Both the position numbers and the translations under genes were made by a program. DNA of 60,947 nt, taken from NCBI GenBank assembly GCA_038063315.1, contig JBBTVI010000027.1, forward strand, positions 1-60,947, given 5' to 3'. The stretch's first letter is position 1, and each line of letters begins with the position of its first letter. The notes below the pieces were generated by a model. That model did no database searches, was not told the origin of the DNA, and saw only the letters and a program-made list of their open reading frames with translations. This stretch comes from Patescibacteria group bacterium. GTDB lineage: Bacteria; Patescibacteriota; Minisyncoccia; Sungbacterales; HO2-52-23. This document shows positions 58,562-60,947 of the stretch, in pieces.

Positions 58562-60784
58562 ATGAGGAAACACATAGACAATAAAAACAGGACTCCCTGG
58601 CAAAAAGCTGTTATTTACGTCTTAATCGGACTCATCGTCGCGACGCCTTTTTTGACTGCGGTCAGTGTGGCGCAGGCGCAGTCATCGCCCGAAGATGAGC
58701 TGGGCTTTGGCGAAATTTCCCCTGAAGAAGCTCAACGCCTCGCCGCAGAAAGACTGCGCATTCTCGAATCCGGAGGCACCCTTGAACCAATTTCCCTATC
58801 CAATGAGAATATAGGAGCTGGAACCGATAAACCGGAGGCAGAGGAAGGATGCAATCTCATTAGCTCCCTCGGCCTACTGTGCGCTATCGCACTGGTACTC
58901 AAAGCAGGCAAAGCCATCACGCTTTGGCTTCTTGGGTTTGCGGCCGGAATACTGGACGCCGCGTTTGACTTTAATACGCGCCTTACGCCACTCAATAACG
59001 CTGCGGTGGTGATCGGATGGGAGAAACTCCGCAATTTCACGAATTCTTTTTTGATCATCATCCTCCTATGGGTAGCGCTCACAATCATTTTCGGCATTGA
59101 ACGCTTCGGAGGACAAAAATTGCTTTTCCGCGTCATCATCGTCGCACTTTTTCTTAACTTCAGCCTAATACTTGTTTCGGGACTTTTCTCGTTTACCAAT
59201 ATAATCTCGAAAAGCTTCGTCCAACCGCTGGGGGGGCAGAAGATATCGGCATTTTTGGAACAGACATTTAAAACCCGCGCGCTACTTAAAGAAACAAACA
59301 CCGCTCAAGAACTTGCTGCGACCACGGCCTTTTTGGAGGAAACAGGAAGAAGGTGTTCGACTGCCGCCCACGCCTCTTTGGAAGTAACCCAGATTAAAGA
59401 ATCTCGAACGTTTCTCCAGCGCCTGCGTGATGGAATACTTTTTGGTGGCGTATCACCCGAAATACGCGACGCGGCGCAAGCCCCGTTTGAAGAATGCTTG
59501 GCTGCGACCCCTGGACTTAATGAAGCAATGAACGCACACGACAACATACAAAACAACATCTATAATCAGCATCTCAACATGATCGTCTCGAACGCTTCCG
59601 CAATTGTCATAGGCGGCTTTGTTATTTTTCTCTTTATCTACATGGCTGCATTTCTTTTTGTCCGCATCGCCATGATGATTCTTCTCGCGATTTTAGCGCC
59701 GCTTGCGTTCCTTGCGTATATGACACCATCTAACTATGTCCAAAAGTACTTCCACGAATGGGCGGATAATCTCATTAAATGGGCACTTTTTGCGCCGCTG
59801 CTTTACCTGTTTGTTTACCTGATATTGCTTGTCATGAGTATTCGAACCCTCCTATATACCAATCTCCAAATAAGGGCCGGCGCTGCCAATATCGCGATTC
59901 CTTTTGATACCGACAGGATCATCTTCTCTTTTGTGATAATCGTCATGTTGATTGCCGCAATCCACGTTGCAAAGGCCGCTGGAGGAAAAATGGCGGCTTC
60001 CCTCATCAGTATCACAAAAGGCATTGCGCTTGGCGCAGTGGGCGCAGTGGGCGCGGGTGTTGCAGTCGGCGCAATGGGCGTGACCGGCGCCACCGCGGCG
60101 AGCAGTCCCAAAATGGCCAGTTTCTTGCAAGGCATGAGTAAAATACCCGGAGTCGGCCGGTTCGTCGGGAAGGGCACTGTGGAACGCACCAAACAGCGCA
60201 TCAAAGCGACGTATAGCAAGCTCAAAGAGACCACGTCGGGGCAAATAGTAACGGATTATCGGTCGGCCGCGGCCGCGGATAAGGTTGCCATGGCCCAGAC
60301 CCTTGCGGAGCGCGGGGATCTGAAACTCCTCGGCGACATCAAGACGCAACTCCAGGCGCTGACAACGGCCGAACGCTACGGAGAACACCAAAACATTCTG
60401 AAAAATGCGCCTTATCTTGTACAGCAGCGGCATGTGACTGGCGCGCAAAGCGACCAAGAGGCCAAGAAGTTTTACTTCGGCCAGTACGATGACAAGAAAA
60501 AACTTGACTCAATTCTCTTCAAAAAAGATGCTGCGGGCAATTTCGCAGATAAGGAATCCGTCAACGCGCGCCTGTCCGGAATATCCGAGAACGACCTCCA
60601 GCGTCTGGCCAAGAACCAGCGTACGGAATACAAGAATCTCATGGATTACTTCTATACCACGATGGCGCAGGATCGCGATAATTTCCGACAGATGCTTGGC
60701 GCCCGGACACAGATGATCGAGGACTTCAGTCAAACGACGATTGGCCGCTCGCTGTATAACCCGCCACCACCGCAGAATCCGTAG
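58562..60784 (+). CDS. Large polytopic membrane protein with a hydrophilic C-terminal tail (topology reminiscent of VirB6/TrbL, unverified)
   Basis: 740 aa. Signal peptide ending AQAQ, at least 8 hydrophobic segments, a Gly/Ala-rich segment GAVGAVGAGVAVGAMGVTGA and a ~200-aa charged tail. Confidence 0.55.
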   Translation: MRKHIDNKNRTPWQKAVIYVLIGLIVATPFLTAVSVAQAQSSPEDELGFGEISPEEAQRLAAERLRILESGGTLEPISLSNENIGAGTDKPEAEEGCNLISSLGLLCAIALVLKAGKAITLWLLGFAAGILDAAFDFNTRLTPLNNAAVVIGWEKLRNFTNSFLIIILLWVALTIIFGIERFGGQKLLFRVIIVALFLNFSLILVSGLFSFTNIISKSFVQPLGGQKISAFLEQTFKTRALLKETNTAQELAATTAFLEETGRRCSTAAHASLEVTQIKESRTFLQRLRDGILFGGVSPEIRDAAQAPFEECLAATPGLNEAMNAHDNIQNNIYNQHLNMIVSNASAIVIGGFVIFLFIYMAAFLFVRIAMMILLAILAPLAFLAYMTPSNYVQKYFHEWADNLIKWALFAPLLYLFVYLILLVMSIRTLLYTNLQIRAGAANIAIPFDTDRIIFSFVIIVMLIAAIHVAKAAGGKMAASLISITKGIALGAVGAVGAGVAVGAMGVTGATAASSPKMASFLQGMSKIPGVGRFVGKGTVERTKQRIKATYSKLKETTSGQIVTDYRSAAAADKVAMAQTLAERGDLKLLGDIKTQLQALTTAERYGEHQNILKNAPYLVQQRHVTGAQSDQEAKKFYFGQYDDKKKLDSILFKKDAAGNFADKESVNARLSGISENDLQRLAKNQRTEYKNLMDYFYTTMAQDRDNFRQMLGARTQMIEDFSQTTIGRSLYNPPPPQNP

Positions 60785-60796
60785 CAACGAAGTAGT

Positions 60797-60840
60797 GGAT
60801 ATGAATAATGAATTATGGGGTATGTATTATGTATTATGGG
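60797..60840. repeat. Family B half-site (tandemised)
   Basis: GGATATGAATAATGAATTATGGGGTATGTATTATGTATTATGGG. Confidence 0.8.
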
Positions 60841-60853
60841 AATACTTCAAATT

Positions 60854-60947
60854 GTAACCCCTCACAGCCCTATCAACACCGCCATTACATGCGTCATTGC
60901 GAGGAGGCCTGCCGCAGGACGACGAAGCAATCCAAATCCTGGATTGC
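60854..60947. repeat. Family A element (truncated by the window end)
   Basis: GTAACCCCTCACAGCC-CTATCAACACCGCCATTACATGC-GTCATTGCGAGGAGGCCTGCCGCAGGACGACGAAGCAATCC. Confidence 0.85.

Noticed and set aside
1-60947. The many copies of GTCATTGCGAG-type and CCCATAAT-type repeats could be taken for CRISPR arrays.
   Set aside because: Copies are scattered singly across intergenic regions and occur as inverted pairs. They have variable internal modules and no regular repeat-spacer periodicity. No cas genes are present in the window.
1-60947. Alternative genetic code, such as UGA recoding as in some CPR lineages.
   Set aside because: Homology-supported genes (hppA, pilB, pilT, lon, pheT, nusA) are full length and terminate at normal stops, including TGA, under the standard code.

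Overview
This is a 61 kb, visibly GC-rich window that reads cleanly in the standard genetic code. Gene content and style suggest a small-genome, Gram-positive-type or CPR/Parcubacteria-like bacterium: a type IV pilus plus ComFC, DUF5671-like proteins, few Shine-Dalgarno sites and many secreted or membrane orphan proteins. That taxonomic call is an inference.

Main blocks:
(1) 192-15771, minus strand. A complete type IV pilus/competence-pilus cluster: PilM, PilN-like, PilO-like, PilB, a CheY-like receiver, PilT, PilC, the major pilin, PilD and four minor pilins or pseudopilins. It ends in a 724-aa fibre protein with a C1q/TNF-like head.
(2) 15963-19870. ComFC, a second GspE/PilB-type ATPase, a receiver and a histidine kinase.
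(3) Housekeeping genes: nusA, hppA, tig, lon, mltG, pheST, pyrH, tRNA-Ser(UGA) and tRNA-Asp(GUC). Interleaved with them are a VapBC pair, a Phd/MazF-like pair wedged between pheS and pheT, a small-protein/retropepsin-like pair, an IS200 tnpA relic and an 886-aa orphan.
(4) 46049-55236. A RAYT (REP-associated tyrosine transposase) lies next to two convergent Lnt paralogues. These bracket three tandem paralogues carrying PHM/DBH-like copper-monooxygenase motifs and an SdpA-position/HTTM (SdpB-like) pair. I consider this the best candidate for an undescribed system.
(5) 55573-60784. Three secreted or polytopic orphan proteins.

The most striking sequence-level property is that almost every intergenic gap, and several coding regions, are occupied by at least seven interspersed palindromic repeat families, named A-G here:
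- A: GTCATTGCGAG...CTCGCAATGAC elements.
- B: AT-rich ATTATGGG/CCCATAAT palindromes.
- C: ATTCCC-N8-GGGAAT elements.
- D: a roughly 125-bp TIR-bounded MITE-like element.
- E: CTTACGAAG-TTAAG-CTTCGTAAG REP hairpins.
- F: CCCCCTTT...AAAGGGGG hairpins.
- G: a 45-nt direct repeat.
These are often nested in one another and are sometimes inserted in frame into genes (lnt x2, the RAYT gene itself, the tig 3' end).

All product calls come from reading motifs in the supplied translations. No database search was run. Repeat coordinates are good to within a few nucleotides.
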